The notes beneath the pieces are model-generated. The model did not search any database and was not told the origin of the DNA. It worked only from the letters and a program-made list of their open reading frames with translations. From Candidatus Saccharimonadia bacterium (GTDB lineage Bacteria > Patescibacteriota > Saccharimonadia > UBA4664 > SCTI01), in assembly GCA_046597065.1 (NCBI GenBank), contig JBKJLI010000003.1, forward strand, positions 290,841-354,840: a stretch of 64,000 nt of DNA, given 5' to 3'. The position numbers and the translations under genes are program-made. Within the stretch, counting starts at the first letter, position 1; every line of letters starts with the position of its first letter. Shown here piece by piece: positions 16,755-26,701 of the stretch.

Positions 16755-19673
16755 ATGACCGACACTCTGGCTGCCGCATCTGTGGCAGCAACACCTGAAC
16801 CCAAGGGCATGACAGTGAAGCGTCGCTTCACCACGCCTGGGGTGCACCCGTTCGACACCGTCGAGTGGGAGTTGCGTGACGCTCGCATTGGACACGGCGA
16901 CAAGGTCGCGTTCGAGCAGAAGGGCGTCGAGTTCCCGACTACCTGGAGCCAGAACTCAACCAACATCGTGGCCCAGAAGTACTTCCGCGGTCAACTGGAC
17001 TCGCCAGCGCGAGAGCGTTCGGTGAAGCAGATGATCTCGCGAGTGGCCAACACCATTACCGAATGGGGCCATGAGCACGGATACTTCGCCACTCAGGAAG
17101 ACGGCGATGCGTTCCAGGACGAGCTGACCTACTTCCTGTTGCACCAGATGGCGGCCTTTAACAGCCCGGTCTGGTTCAATGTCGGGTTTGAAGATCAGCC
17201 GCAGTGCAGCGCCTGCTTCATCCTCAGCGTCGACGACACCCTGGATTCGATTCTGGACTGGAACACCAAGGAAGGTAAGATCTTCCGTGGTGGCTCTGGA
17301 TCGGGCATCAACCTGTCGAACATCCGCGGCTCGGTAGAGCCGTTGAGCAAGGGCGGCACGGCCTCTGGGCCGGTGTCGTTCATGCGCGGGACCGATTCTT
17401 GGGCTGGCACCATCAAGTCCGGCGGCAAGACGCGTCGGGCGGCTAAGATGGTCATCCTCGACATCGATCACCCGGATGTGGGTGAGTTCATCTGGTGCAA
17501 GGCCAAGGAAGAGGACAAGGCCGAGGCCTTGCGCGACGCCGGCTTCGACATGTCGATTGACGGCGAAGGGTTCAAGAGCATCCAGTATCAGAACGCCAAC
17601 AACTCGGTGCGTGTGAGCGATGAGTTCATGCGTGCCGTTGAGGCAGATGAGACATGGGTGCTGAAGGCGCGGGCCGATGGTTTGCCGGTAGGCGAGCCGA
17701 TTCCGGCTCGTGAGCTGATGCGTGACATCGCCAAAGCCGCCTGGCGCTGCGCTGATCCTGGTGTACAGTATGACACCGTGATCAACCAGTGGCACACCTG
17801 CCCGAAGTCTGGGCGCATCAACGCCTCGAACCCCTGCAGCGAGTACATGCATGTCGATAACTCGGCCTGCAACCTCGCCAGCCTCAACCTGATGAAGTTC
17901 CGTCAGCCGGACGGCACGCTGGACGTGGCAGCTTACGAGCATGCCATCGACATCGTGTTCATGGCTCAGGAAATTCTGGTGGGACCGTCGAGCTACCCGA
18001 CCGATGAGATCGGGATCAATGCTCGGGCGTTTCGTCAGCTTGGTATGGGGTACACCAACCTCGGCGCCTACCTGATGGCAGACGGCACTCCGTACGACTC
18101 GGATGCCGCTCGTGGAACGGCAGCGGCCCTTGCGGCGCTGATGACCGGTCGGGCCTATCGCCAGTCAGCCATGATGGCTGATGCAGTCGGCCCGTACGAG
18201 CGCTACCAGCTCAACCACGAGGGTCACATGGGTGTGATGCAGATGCATCGTGATGCGGCCCACGAGCTGCCGGATTCAGGGGTTGCGGATACGGCGTTGC
18301 ATATGGCCGCCCGTAATGCGTGGGACGATGTGGTCGAACTTGGCAACGAGTACGGCTTCCGTAACGCCCAGGCCACGGTGCTCGCGCCGACGGGGACGAT
18401 TTCGTTCCTGATGGACTGCGACACCACAGGTGTTGAGCCGGACTTCTCCTTGGTGAAGTTCAAGGAGCTGGTGGGCGGCGGTCAGATGACCATCGTTAAC
18501 CAGACGATCCCAAGTGCCCTTGCCAATCTTGGGTACACGCCCGAGCAGGTAGAGGCAATCAAGGACTACATCGAGGAGCCGATTCCGGTTGGCGAACCCG
18601 TAGATGGGGTGCAGCTGATGCAGGCTCGTGGCACCATCGTTGGTGCCCCGGGGATCAGCAAAGAGGATCTGCCGGTGTTCGATGTGGCGGTGGGTGAGCG
18701 GGCGATCGCTCCGATGGGTCACATCAAGATGATGGGCGCTGTTCAGCCCTTCATCAGTGGTGCGATCTCGAAGACGGTCAACATGCCGGCTAGCTCGACG
18801 GTCGAAGACATCTACGATGCCTACATGGATTCGTGGAAGCTCGGCGTGAAGGCACTGGCCATCTACCGCGATGGGTCTAAGACGGCCCAGGCGCTGCGCA
18901 CCGATGCGCAGTTGGGCCAGGATGGTGCGGCAGATGAGCCGTTGTTCACACAGGCTCAGGTGGATGAGTTGATCACCAAGGCCAATGGCTCAATCGGCCC
19001 GTTGCGTCGCAAGATGCCTCGGGAGCGACAGTCATTGACCCACAAGTTCACGATCGGTGGACACGAGGGTTACATCACTGCCGGCAAGTACGAGGACGGC
19101 ACGCTGGGTGAGATCTTCCTGACCGACATCGGGAAGGAAGGTTCAACCATGCGAGGGATGATGAACTCCTTCGCCACGATGGTTTCGATCGCGCTCCAGT
19201 ACGGTGTGCCGCTCGAGACTCTGGCAAGGAAGTTCAGCTACGTTCGCTTTGAGCCGGAGGGGATCACACAGAACATCGAGATCCCGTTCGCAAAGAGCAT
19301 GCCCGACTACATCATGCGTTGGTTGGCTTCGCGCTTCCTCGATCCTAGCATTCAGCTGGAATTGGGGATCAGAACGCCGGCCGCCGAAGCATTGAAGGCG
19401 GATCAAGAGGCTGCCACCAGTGTGCTGGAAACAGCTGCACCGGTGGTGAAAACTCCTGCAAAGCCGCCTGGTGCAGAGCTGGGTCCTCAGGGTTCCATTA
19501 CCCACACCGCCGCAGCTGAGGGCAATGGCAACGGAGTTCATCAGCCGGTCATGACACAACACAACGTGCAGTTGGACGCTGGCCCTCCATGCAAAATCTG
19601 TGGAGGCATGACACAGCGTTCGGGAGTCTGCTACGTTTGCTCCCAGTGCGGTGCAACAACCGGTTGCAGTTGA
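16755..19673 (+). CDS. nrdJ: Adenosylcobalamin-dependent (class II) ribonucleoside-diphosphate reductase NrdJ, with C-terminal zinc ribbon
   Basis: 972 aa with class II RNR motifs and a CxxC...CxxC C-terminus. G+C is markedly higher than in flanking genes. SD sequence aggag lies 4 nt upstream. Confidence 0.9.
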   Translation: MTDTLAAASVAATPEPKGMTVKRRFTTPGVHPFDTVEWELRDARIGHGDKVAFEQKGVEFPTTWSQNSTNIVAQKYFRGQLDSPARERSVKQMISRVANTITEWGHEHGYFATQEDGDAFQDELTYFLLHQMAAFNSPVWFNVGFEDQPQCSACFILSVDDTLDSILDWNTKEGKIFRGGSGSGINLSNIRGSVEPLSKGGTASGPVSFMRGTDSWAGTIKSGGKTRRAAKMVILDIDHPDVGEFIWCKAKEEDKAEALRDAGFDMSIDGEGFKSIQYQNANNSVRVSDEFMRAVEADETWVLKARADGLPVGEPIPARELMRDIAKAAWRCADPGVQYDTVINQWHTCPKSGRINASNPCSEYMHVDNSACNLASLNLMKFRQPDGTLDVAAYEHAIDIVFMAQEILVGPSSYPTDEIGINARAFRQLGMGYTNLGAYLMADGTPYDSDAARGTAAALAALMTGRAYRQSAMMADAVGPYERYQLNHEGHMGVMQMHRDAAHELPDSGVADTALHMAARNAWDDVVELGNEYGFRNAQATVLAPTGTISFLMDCDTTGVEPDFSLVKFKELVGGGQMTIVNQTIPSALANLGYTPEQVEAIKDYIEEPIPVGEPVDGVQLMQARGTIVGAPGISKEDLPVFDVAVGERAIAPMGHIKMMGAVQPFISGAISKTVNMPASSTVEDIYDAYMDSWKLGVKALAIYRDGSKTAQALRTDAQLGQDGAADEPLFTQAQVDELITKANGSIGPLRRKMPRERQSLTHKFTIGGHEGYITAGKYEDGTLGEIFLTDIGKEGSTMRGMMNSFATMVSIALQYGVPLETLARKFSYVRFEPEGITQNIEIPFAKSMPDYIMRWLASRFLDPSIQLELGIRTPAAEALKADQEAATSVLETAAPVVKTPAKPPGAELGPQGSITHTAAAEGNGNGVHQPVMTQHNVQLDAGPPCKICGGMTQRSGVCYVCSQCGATTGCS

Positions 19674-19799
19674 TCAATTAACAATCGTGGCCGCAGCGGG
19701 TCACGGGTATTCGTCCCATGGAACCAGGGCGATCCAAGTAAAGAAGAGGTTCCACATGTTTGGCGAGGGTGTGAAACCTATCACACCTCCGTCTGCTAG

Positions 19800-19830
19800 C
19801 GGGCCGGATGCTAACCATGCATCCGGCCCG
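19800..19830 (+). terminator. GC-rich hairpin after nrdJ (12 bp stem cgggccggatgc / gcatccggcccg)
   Basis: Perfect 12 bp inverted repeat with a 7 nt loop, at the 3' edge of the high-G+C island. Confidence 0.5.
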
Positions 19831-19879
19831 TAAAGCTTTCTAGGGCTAAAAATCTTCCCTTTTGCTATAATTGAATCAG

Positions 19880-20143
19880 ATGAAAGTTCATGTTTTATTT
19901 ACCTCAAACACTCCGCTCGACCGCGAGCTTGATCATCTGGACCAGCGCTTAAGTGAGCTGCAAGTTGATCACACTATGGTTGATGCTGATAGCCGAGAAG
20001 GCTCGGCACTTGTTGAGTTGTATGACGCTATGCAGCGCCCGAGCGTTCTCTTAACCACCGACGACGGACAGTTAGCCGAAATGTGGGCAGGTTCGCTGCC
20101 AACACCCGAAGAGCTTTCAGGCCGCTACCACTCAGGATCATGA
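19880..20143 (+). CDS. Hypothetical small protein; possibly a thioredoxin/glutaredoxin-like fold with no cysteines
   Basis: The -10 element TATAAT at 19866-19871 lies 8 nt before the ATG, so the mRNA is likely leaderless. The pattern KVHVLFT...VDAD..GSALVELYD..PSVLL.DG resembles a Grx fold but has no Cys. Confidence 0.4.
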   Translation: MKVHVLFTSNTPLDRELDHLDQRLSELQVDHTMVDADSREGSALVELYDAMQRPSVLLTTDDGQLAEMWAGSLPTPEELSGRYHSGS

Positions 20144-20403
20144 TTACTGGCGTATTCGTTAGCTTTATAAATCTGTTCGTATTCTTTTTTAATATCGTTT
20201 TGTTGGCGCGGGTTGTTTGGAGTTGGTTTGACCCCGTGCCCAGCGGCGGAATTGGCCGCATTCTTATCGACCTAACCGAGCCGGTTTTACAACCGATCAG
20301 GCGTTTGCTGCCACCAACCCAAATGCTTGATTTTGCACCGTTATTGGCATTCATTATGCTGCAGTTACTCGCTATGCTTGTAAACGCCAACTTTCCCCAG
20401 TAG
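20140..20403 (+). CDS. yggT: YggT-family membrane protein
   Basis: FNIVLLARVVWSWF...TEPVLQPIRR matches the YGGT motif. Start is set at the ATG overlapping the upstream stop. Confidence 0.7.
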   Translation: MITGVFVSFINLFVFFFNIVLLARVVWSWFDPVPSGGIGRILIDLTEPVLQPIRRLLPPTQMLDFAPLLAFIMLQLLAMLVNANFPQ

Positions 20404-20412
20404 GATTATCAG

Positions 20413-23322
20413 ATGAAGAAAGCCCAAGCAGCAAATCTACCACAGTTCGAAATCGAGCTGTTAAAAACGTGGGAAAATGAGCAAACTTTTGCCGCAAGTT
20501 TACGTCAGCGTGAGGGCAAACAGCGCTTTAGTTTTTATGACGGGCCGCCGTTTGCCAATGGCTTGCCTCATTACGGGCACGTGGTTCCGGTTACCTTAAA
20601 GGATTCGGTTACGCGTTATAAAACCATGCGCGGGTATTATGTACCTCGCCGTAATGGCTGGGACACACATGGCTTGCCGGTTGAAACCGAGGTTGAAAAA
20701 CAGTTAGGTATCAAAAACAAGCGCCAGATACTTGAAATGGGCGTTGATAAGTTCATTAAGGCTTCACGCGACTCGGTATTTAAGTACCGCGGTGAGTGGG
20801 AGCAGTTTTTCGACCGCATTGGACGCTGGGCCGATAAAGATAACGCTTACGCAACGCTAGATGATGATTACATCGAAAGCGTTTGGTGGGCCATTTCAGA
20901 GCTCAACAAAAAAGGCCTGTTATATGAAAGCTTTCGCAGTATGCCATACTGCCCGCGTTGCGCCACCCCGTTAAGCAACTTTGAAGTCAACCAGAATTAT
21001 AAAGATGACACACCCGACCCCAGTGTTTATGTAAAGTTTGCTCTGCTCGATGATCCCACTACCGATTTGTTGGCCTGGACAACCACACCATGGACCTTGG
21101 CCGCTAACGCCGCCCTAGCCGTTGATGCCAAAGCCGACTACGTCACTATCGAGCTCAAGGCCGATGGTGATGGCTGGGCAATGGGCGAAAAGTTGGTGTT
21201 GGCCAAAAAGCGCCTTGATCTACTGGATTTAAAATCCGCCGAATACAAAGTGGTTGAAACCCGCAAGGGCAGCGCTCTGGTTGGGATCAAATACACACCG
21301 CTATATAAGGTTGAAACAACTCCCGAAGAGGGTGCTAAAGCTTACCGAGTTTACGCCGACGATTCGGTTAGCCTAGAAGACGGCACCGGTATTTTGCATG
21401 TAGCACCTCGCTATGGAGAAACAGACCTCGACCTTGGCCAGCGCGAGGGTCTTCCATTGATCGAAAGCGTCGATAGTGATGGCATGATCAAGGCCGATGG
21501 TCCCGTAGCGGCCGGCCAGTGGTTTAAAGACGCCGATACCCACATTATTGCCGACCTTACCACCAAGGGTCGAGTGTTTGCTGCCGAAACCTTTACTCAT
21601 ACTTATCCGTTTTGCTGGCGCTGCGACAGCCCGCTGATGTACTTTGCCACGCCATCTTGGAACGTAGCCGTTACTAAAATTGTAAAACAGCTTGTTTTAA
21701 ACAATCAGCAAATCACTTGGGTGCCTGATCACGTTAAGGCCGGCCGCTTTGGCAACTGGCTGGCCGACGCACGTGACTGGGGGATTAGCCGCAATCGTTT
21801 TTGGGGCAATCCGCTACCAATCTGGCGTAATGTAGACGAACCCAGCGATATCATCGTGGTTGGCAGTCTGGATGAGCTTAAGGAGCTGGCCGGTAAGTTG
21901 CCTAAAGATCTACACCGACCCGAAATCGACAAGATCGTTATTAAGCGCGACTCTAAAACCTACCATCGCGTTGAAGAAGTACTTGACTGCTGGTTCGAAT
22001 CTGGAGCCATGCCCTTTGCGAGCAACCATTATCCATTTAATAAGAACAATGATTTTAATCAGACCTTTCCGGCTGATTTTATCGCCGAAGGAATTGATCA
22101 AACCCGCGGCTGGTTTTACACCTTACACGTTTTAGCCACAGCGCTGTTTGGCCAGCCGGCCTTTAAAAACGTAGCCGTTAACGGTCACGTTCTAGCGGCC
22201 GATGGTTTAAAGCTTAGTAAACGCTTACGTAATTATCCGCCGCTTGAGGAGGTTTTTGATACCGTTGGTGTTGATGTTTTACGTTTCTTTATGATGAGTA
22301 GCCCAGTGGTAACCGGTGAAAACGTGCGTTTTTCGCGCGATGCCCTTGCCGACGTTCAACGTAACGTCTTTTTACGTCTGTGGAACGTGCACAGCTTTTT
22401 TACCACCTATGCAGAGGTAGATAATTGGCAGCCTAGTGCTGACGCGCTAACCAAAGCACCAGAATCTTTAAACGTGCTCGACCGCTGGATGCTGGCCCGG
22501 CTCGACCAAGCAACAGGCGAAGTTACCAAGCAGGCCGATAGCTACCAGCTGGCACGAGCTACCAGGCCAATCATCGAACTAATCGACGACCTTTCTAACT
22601 GGTATGTGCGCCGCAGCCGCCGTCGGTTTTGGAAAAGTGATGCCGATGCCGATAAGCAGTCGGCTTACTCCACGCTTCATTTTGTATTAATTCGTACCGC
22701 TCAGCTGCTAGCACCATGGAGCCCATTTATGGCCGATAAATTATGGCGCGAGCTAACGGTTGATATGGGAGATAGCGTGCCAAAGTCGGTCCACTTAAGT
22801 GACTGGCCAGAAGCAGGGGAGGCTGACGATAAAATAATAAAGCAAATGGCCGACGCACGAGAAGTAATCACAAAAAGTTTGTCTGATCGGGCTGAGCACG
22901 GTATTAAAGTTCGTCAACCTTTGGCCGCCAAGCTTAGTGCGCCAACAGAGTTGGTTGAAGTCATAGTTGAAGAGCTTAACATTAAGGTCGAAGACAAAGT
23001 CACCGCATCCGATAAAGTCAGCGTCGAAATCGACTTTAAGCCAACACCCGAATTACTGCGCGAGGGAATGGCCCGGGATATAATTCGTCAGGTTCAGCAG
23101 TTGCGCAAGGCCGCCGACCTCCGGGTAGATCAACGTATTAAGCTATCGGCTAGTGCCGACGACAAGGAGCTATTTGCGACCCTGACCGACCACAAACAGC
23201 TGATTGCCGATGAGACACTGGCGACCAAAATAGAGATCGTAGACGAAATCAAAGCGGAGCATCAGGCAACCGCAAAGATCTCTGGAGTCGAGTTGACCAT
23301 CGGTCTACAGCCGACCGACTAG
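20413..23322 (+). CDS. ileS: Isoleucyl-tRNA synthetase (type 2)
   Basis: 969 aa class I aaRS with PPFANGLPHYGH (HIGH region) and KLSKR (KMSKS). Confidence 0.85.
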   Translation: MKKAQAANLPQFEIELLKTWENEQTFAASLRQREGKQRFSFYDGPPFANGLPHYGHVVPVTLKDSVTRYKTMRGYYVPRRNGWDTHGLPVETEVEKQLGIKNKRQILEMGVDKFIKASRDSVFKYRGEWEQFFDRIGRWADKDNAYATLDDDYIESVWWAISELNKKGLLYESFRSMPYCPRCATPLSNFEVNQNYKDDTPDPSVYVKFALLDDPTTDLLAWTTTPWTLAANAALAVDAKADYVTIELKADGDGWAMGEKLVLAKKRLDLLDLKSAEYKVVETRKGSALVGIKYTPLYKVETTPEEGAKAYRVYADDSVSLEDGTGILHVAPRYGETDLDLGQREGLPLIESVDSDGMIKADGPVAAGQWFKDADTHIIADLTTKGRVFAAETFTHTYPFCWRCDSPLMYFATPSWNVAVTKIVKQLVLNNQQITWVPDHVKAGRFGNWLADARDWGISRNRFWGNPLPIWRNVDEPSDIIVVGSLDELKELAGKLPKDLHRPEIDKIVIKRDSKTYHRVEEVLDCWFESGAMPFASNHYPFNKNNDFNQTFPADFIAEGIDQTRGWFYTLHVLATALFGQPAFKNVAVNGHVLAADGLKLSKRLRNYPPLEEVFDTVGVDVLRFFMMSSPVVTGENVRFSRDALADVQRNVFLRLWNVHSFFTTYAEVDNWQPSADALTKAPESLNVLDRWMLARLDQATGEVTKQADSYQLARATRPIIELIDDLSNWYVRRSRRRFWKSDADADKQSAYSTLHFVLIRTAQLLAPWSPFMADKLWRELTVDMGDSVPKSVHLSDWPEAGEADDKIIKQMADAREVITKSLSDRAEHGIKVRQPLAAKLSAPTELVEVIVEELNIKVEDKVTASDKVSVEIDFKPTPELLREGMARDIIRQVQQLRKAADLRVDQRIKLSASADDKELFATLTDHKQLIADETLATKIEIVDEIKAEHQATAKISGVELTIGLQPTD

Positions 23323-23362
23323 TCTGAAAACTCCAAATCTAGTTAACGTATAATAAGTCTTA

Positions 23363-24472
23363 ATGTTTAAGTCGCGGTTTTGGAAAAACTTTGATTGGGT
23401 GCTTTTTGGTCTGGCGATAATTCTGACGACCATTGGCTTGCTGGTGATTTACTCCACCTCGTTTAAGGCCGCCAACTTAATTTCACCGGTTGATGCTAAG
23501 AACCAGTTAATTTTTGCGGCCATCGGCCTGGTCGGGTTAATTTTGGCCGCCCGGATGGACTACCGTGGCTGGGCCAAACTAACACCAATAGTTTACGTTT
23601 TAATGATCATTAGCCTAATTGCAGTGCTAGTTTTGGGTAAAACCGCCTTGGGAGCCACGCGCTGGATCAACCTAGGCTTTTTTCAGTTTCAGCCGTCAGA
23701 GTTTGCCAAACTAGCCATGATTTTGGTGCTGGCGAAGTACTTTACTAGCAATTACGACTTTATGGAAAACCCCCGCCACTTAGTTGTTTCGCTGATTTAT
23801 GTCTTGGTTCCAACAGGGTTGGTTCTGGCACAGCCCGATTTGGGCACCGCCCTTGTACTACTAGTAATCTGGTTGGTTATGGCCATAGTAGCGCGGGTGC
23901 GGTGGGGCTATTTGGTGGCTCTGGCTGCGGTAGGACTAGCAGCTATCCCAATGCTGGTCCCATTACTTAAACCATACCAACGCTCTCGGCTTGAGGTGTT
24001 TTTAAACCCAACCGCCGATCCACTTCATACCGGCTACAACGTTGTTCAGTCAACAATTGCTGTTGGAAGTGGGCAGGTATATGGTCGCGGCTTAGCCTCG
24101 GGCAGCCAGTCACAACTAAACTTTTTACCATCTCAGCACACCGACTTTATTTTTGCGGTATTGGGGGAAAAGCTAGGCTTCATTGGTGGCATGTTAGTAA
24201 TCGTACTGTTTGTCGCCCTACTACTGCGCGGCCTATCGATCGCTGCCAGCGCCGAGGACCGATTTGGGGTGTTTGTGGCCTCCGGTATAGTTACAATGTT
24301 GCTGTTTCATCTGTTCATTAACATTGGCATGAACGTTGGTTTACTGCCAGTTACCGGCATTCCGCTACCGTTTGTTAGCTATGGTGGTACCAGTCTGTTA
24401 GTTTCGCTGGTTGCAATTGGTCTGCTAGAGTCAATTGCCGTACGTCGCAAAAAACTACAGTTTTCGGCTTGA
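23363..24472 (+). CDS. SEDS-family peptidoglycan glycosyltransferase (FtsW/RodA)
   Basis: 369 aa with ten TM segments and conserved SEDS motifs. Confidence 0.85.
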   Translation: MFKSRFWKNFDWVLFGLAIILTTIGLLVIYSTSFKAANLISPVDAKNQLIFAAIGLVGLILAARMDYRGWAKLTPIVYVLMIISLIAVLVLGKTALGATRWINLGFFQFQPSEFAKLAMILVLAKYFTSNYDFMENPRHLVVSLIYVLVPTGLVLAQPDLGTALVLLVIWLVMAIVARVRWGYLVALAAVGLAAIPMLVPLLKPYQRSRLEVFLNPTADPLHTGYNVVQSTIAVGSGQVYGRGLASGSQSQLNFLPSQHTDFIFAVLGEKLGFIGGMLVIVLFVALLLRGLSIAASAEDRFGVFVASGIVTMLLFHLFINIGMNVGLLPVTGIPLPFVSYGGTSLLVSLVAIGLLESIAVRRKKLQFSA

Positions 24473-24537
24473 GTCTGCCATCTTTACAAACCGAGACATT
24501 TTAGCTATAGTACCTAGGTTAATTAAGCAAGAATTTG

Positions 24538-24900
24538 ATGCAAGCAGTCATTAAAAGTGGTGGAAAGCAGTACCTAGTTGAACTCAACCAAACGATTGAG
24601 GTTGACCTGCTTGACGCCGAAACCAAAAAGATTGAGTTTGAACCATTGATGGTCATCGATGGTGATAAGATCAGCGTCGGCACCCCAGTGGTGAAGGGCG
24701 TGATTGTGGCTGCCGAGGTAGTCGGACAATCTAAAGGTGAAAAGCTCAAAGTGCTCAAATTCAAAGCTAAAAAGCGGGTGACTAAGCTAACCGGCCATCG
24801 CCAGCATTACACCAGCATCAAAATCGCTTCTATTGGAGCCGCTAAAATCGCTAGTAAGCCGACCGCAGCTAAAGCTCCTGTCAAAACCGCAGCCAAATAG
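24538..24900 (+). CDS. rplU: 50S ribosomal protein L21
   Basis: MQAVIKSGGKQYLVE N-terminus. Confidence 0.85.
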   Translation: MQAVIKSGGKQYLVELNQTIEVDLLDAETKKIEFEPLMVIDGDKISVGTPVVKGVIVAAEVVGQSKGEKLKVLKFKAKKRVTKLTGHRQHYTSIKIASIGAAKIASKPTAAKAPVKTAAK

Positions 24901-24967
24901 TCGGAAGCGGTTTTAGTGCCAGTCACCATCTGGCATGCTAAAATACTTATGATAATAACGAGGGTTT

Positions 24968-25741
24968 GTGGCACACGTAATTGCGATTGCCAATCAAAAG
25001 GGCGGGGTTGGTAAAACTACCACCACTATAAACTTGGCTACCTATCTGGCTAAGCGCAAGCAGCGAGTTTTAGTGGTCGATTTAGACCCTCAGGGTAACA
25101 CCACCAGCGGCTTTGGTATTGATAAGAACGCTCTTGAGATTACTCTATATGATGTATTAATGAACGGGCGCCATGCTCATGAGGCGGCCCTAAAAACCAG
25201 CTTTCACGATGTTGTTGTGGTTCCCGCAGCACCGGTATTGGCTGCCGCCGAGGTTGAGCTGGTTGGCGCCGATCGTCGCGAGTTCCGCTTGCGCGAGGTG
25301 CTGGCTGATCTACCTTACGATTTTGTTCTAATCGACTGTCCGCCATCACTGGGGCTATTAACCATTAATGGTCTGACTGCCGCTGACTCGCTGTTAATAC
25401 CGGTCCAGGCCGAGTTCTACGCGCTTGAAGGATTGGGCCAACTGCTTAGTACTGTCGACTTGGTGCGTCAGGCGCTAAACCCCAGCCTCGATTTACTTGG
25501 CGTAGTCTTGACAATGCACAATGGCCGCACGACGTTGAGCCACCAGGTTCATGCCGAAGTACGTAAACATTTTCCAGACAAGGTGTTCGACACTATTATT
25601 CCCCGCAATGTTCGCTTAGCCGAGGCCCCAAGCTATGGACAGCCCATAAGCCATTACGACCGCTGGAGTAAGGGCGCTCGTAGTTATCACAGCTTGGCTA
25701 AAGAGGTGATGCAGCGGGTTAAAGTTAAGGTGGTGACATGA
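24968..25741 (+). CDS. parA: Chromosome partitioning ATPase ParA/Soj
   Basis: Deviant Walker A motif KGGVGKTT. Confidence 0.9.
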   Translation: MAHVIAIANQKGGVGKTTTTINLATYLAKRKQRVLVVDLDPQGNTTSGFGIDKNALEITLYDVLMNGRHAHEAALKTSFHDVVVVPAAPVLAAAEVELVGADRREFRLREVLADLPYDFVLIDCPPSLGLLTINGLTAADSLLIPVQAEFYALEGLGQLLSTVDLVRQALNPSLDLLGVVLTMHNGRTTLSHQVHAEVRKHFPDKVFDTIIPRNVRLAEAPSYGQPISHYDRWSKGARSYHSLAKEVMQRVKVKVVT

Positions 25742-26694
25742 GCGGTCCGCAGCGTGGTTTGGGCCGCGGTTTAGATTCGCTTATTCCCACCCAATTGCCT
25801 GGGTCAAATCCTGCCCAGCCTGGTACAACAAATGACGTAGCCAGGCCGGTTGCAAGACCATCAGACAATCAAAATCTCAATCCTAAAGGAGAGGTCAAGG
25901 TTGATGCTGTCATTCAAGTGGCGCCTAACGACATTCAGCCCAACCCCCACCAACCTCGGACCGAGTTTGAGCCCGAGGCACTTACCGACCTTGCTGATTC
26001 GCTTAAGACCCACGGAATTCTACAGCCGCTTGTCGCGACAAAGAGTGCCGATGGTTACCAGCTGATTGCCGGTGAACGCCGGTTGCGCGCCGCTAAGCAA
26101 GCTGGGCTTAAGACCGTGCCAGTGATTGTCCGCAGTTTTGACAGCCAACAAAAACTAGAGCTGGCTTTGATTGAAAACATTCAACGCTCACAACTAAACG
26201 CCATCGAAACCGCCAAGGCTTATCGCAAACTTATGGACGAGTTCCATTTGGATCTTGATGCCGTTTCAAGGCGCGTAGGTAAAGCTAAATCGACCGTTTC
26301 GAACCAACTGCGCTTGCTCAGTTTGCCCCCGGCGGTACAAGCTGCCATAGCTAACGGCCAAATTGCCGAAGCCCACGGTCGTGCATTATTATCCATTGAT
26401 AGCCCCCAGCGGCAAGACGAACTGCTTAAACAGATTATCGATCAAAGCTTAAGTGTCCGTCAGATTGAAGAACTAGCTCGTGCCCATAAAGCCGCACCAA
26501 CGCCCGCTGCATCCCAACCACCGGCTCGCCCAGACATTCCGTCCGCTTCAAGCCTAGTTGCTGGCGAACTGTCGACTGCACTGCATACCAAGGTCATCAT
26601 CCAAGCTAAGGCCAAGGGCGGGCGTTTGATTATTAGCTACCGTGACACCGCCGAGCTCCAGCGCATAAGCAGTAGCATTACCAAGAAAGTTTAA
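25738..26694 (+). CDS. parB: Chromosome partitioning protein ParB/Spo0J
   Basis: ParB box GERRLRAA plus an HTH. Overlaps parA. Confidence 0.9.
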   Translation: MSGPQRGLGRGLDSLIPTQLPGSNPAQPGTTNDVARPVARPSDNQNLNPKGEVKVDAVIQVAPNDIQPNPHQPRTEFEPEALTDLADSLKTHGILQPLVATKSADGYQLIAGERRLRAAKQAGLKTVPVIVRSFDSQQKLELALIENIQRSQLNAIETAKAYRKLMDEFHLDLDAVSRRVGKAKSTVSNQLRLLSLPPAVQAAIANGQIAEAHGRALLSIDSPQRQDELLKQIIDQSLSVRQIEELARAHKAAPTPAASQPPARPDIPSASSLVAGELSTALHTKVIIQAKAKGGRLIISYRDTAELQRISSSITKKV

Positions 26695-26701
26695 TCTTTT
26701 A

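Noticed and set aside
24968-26694. parS centromere sites (TGTTTCACGTGAAACA-like) near parAB
   Set aside because: Only a half-site-like GTGAAACAG at about 8872 was noticed, and it is not palindromic. I cannot support a parS call without a proper pattern scan.
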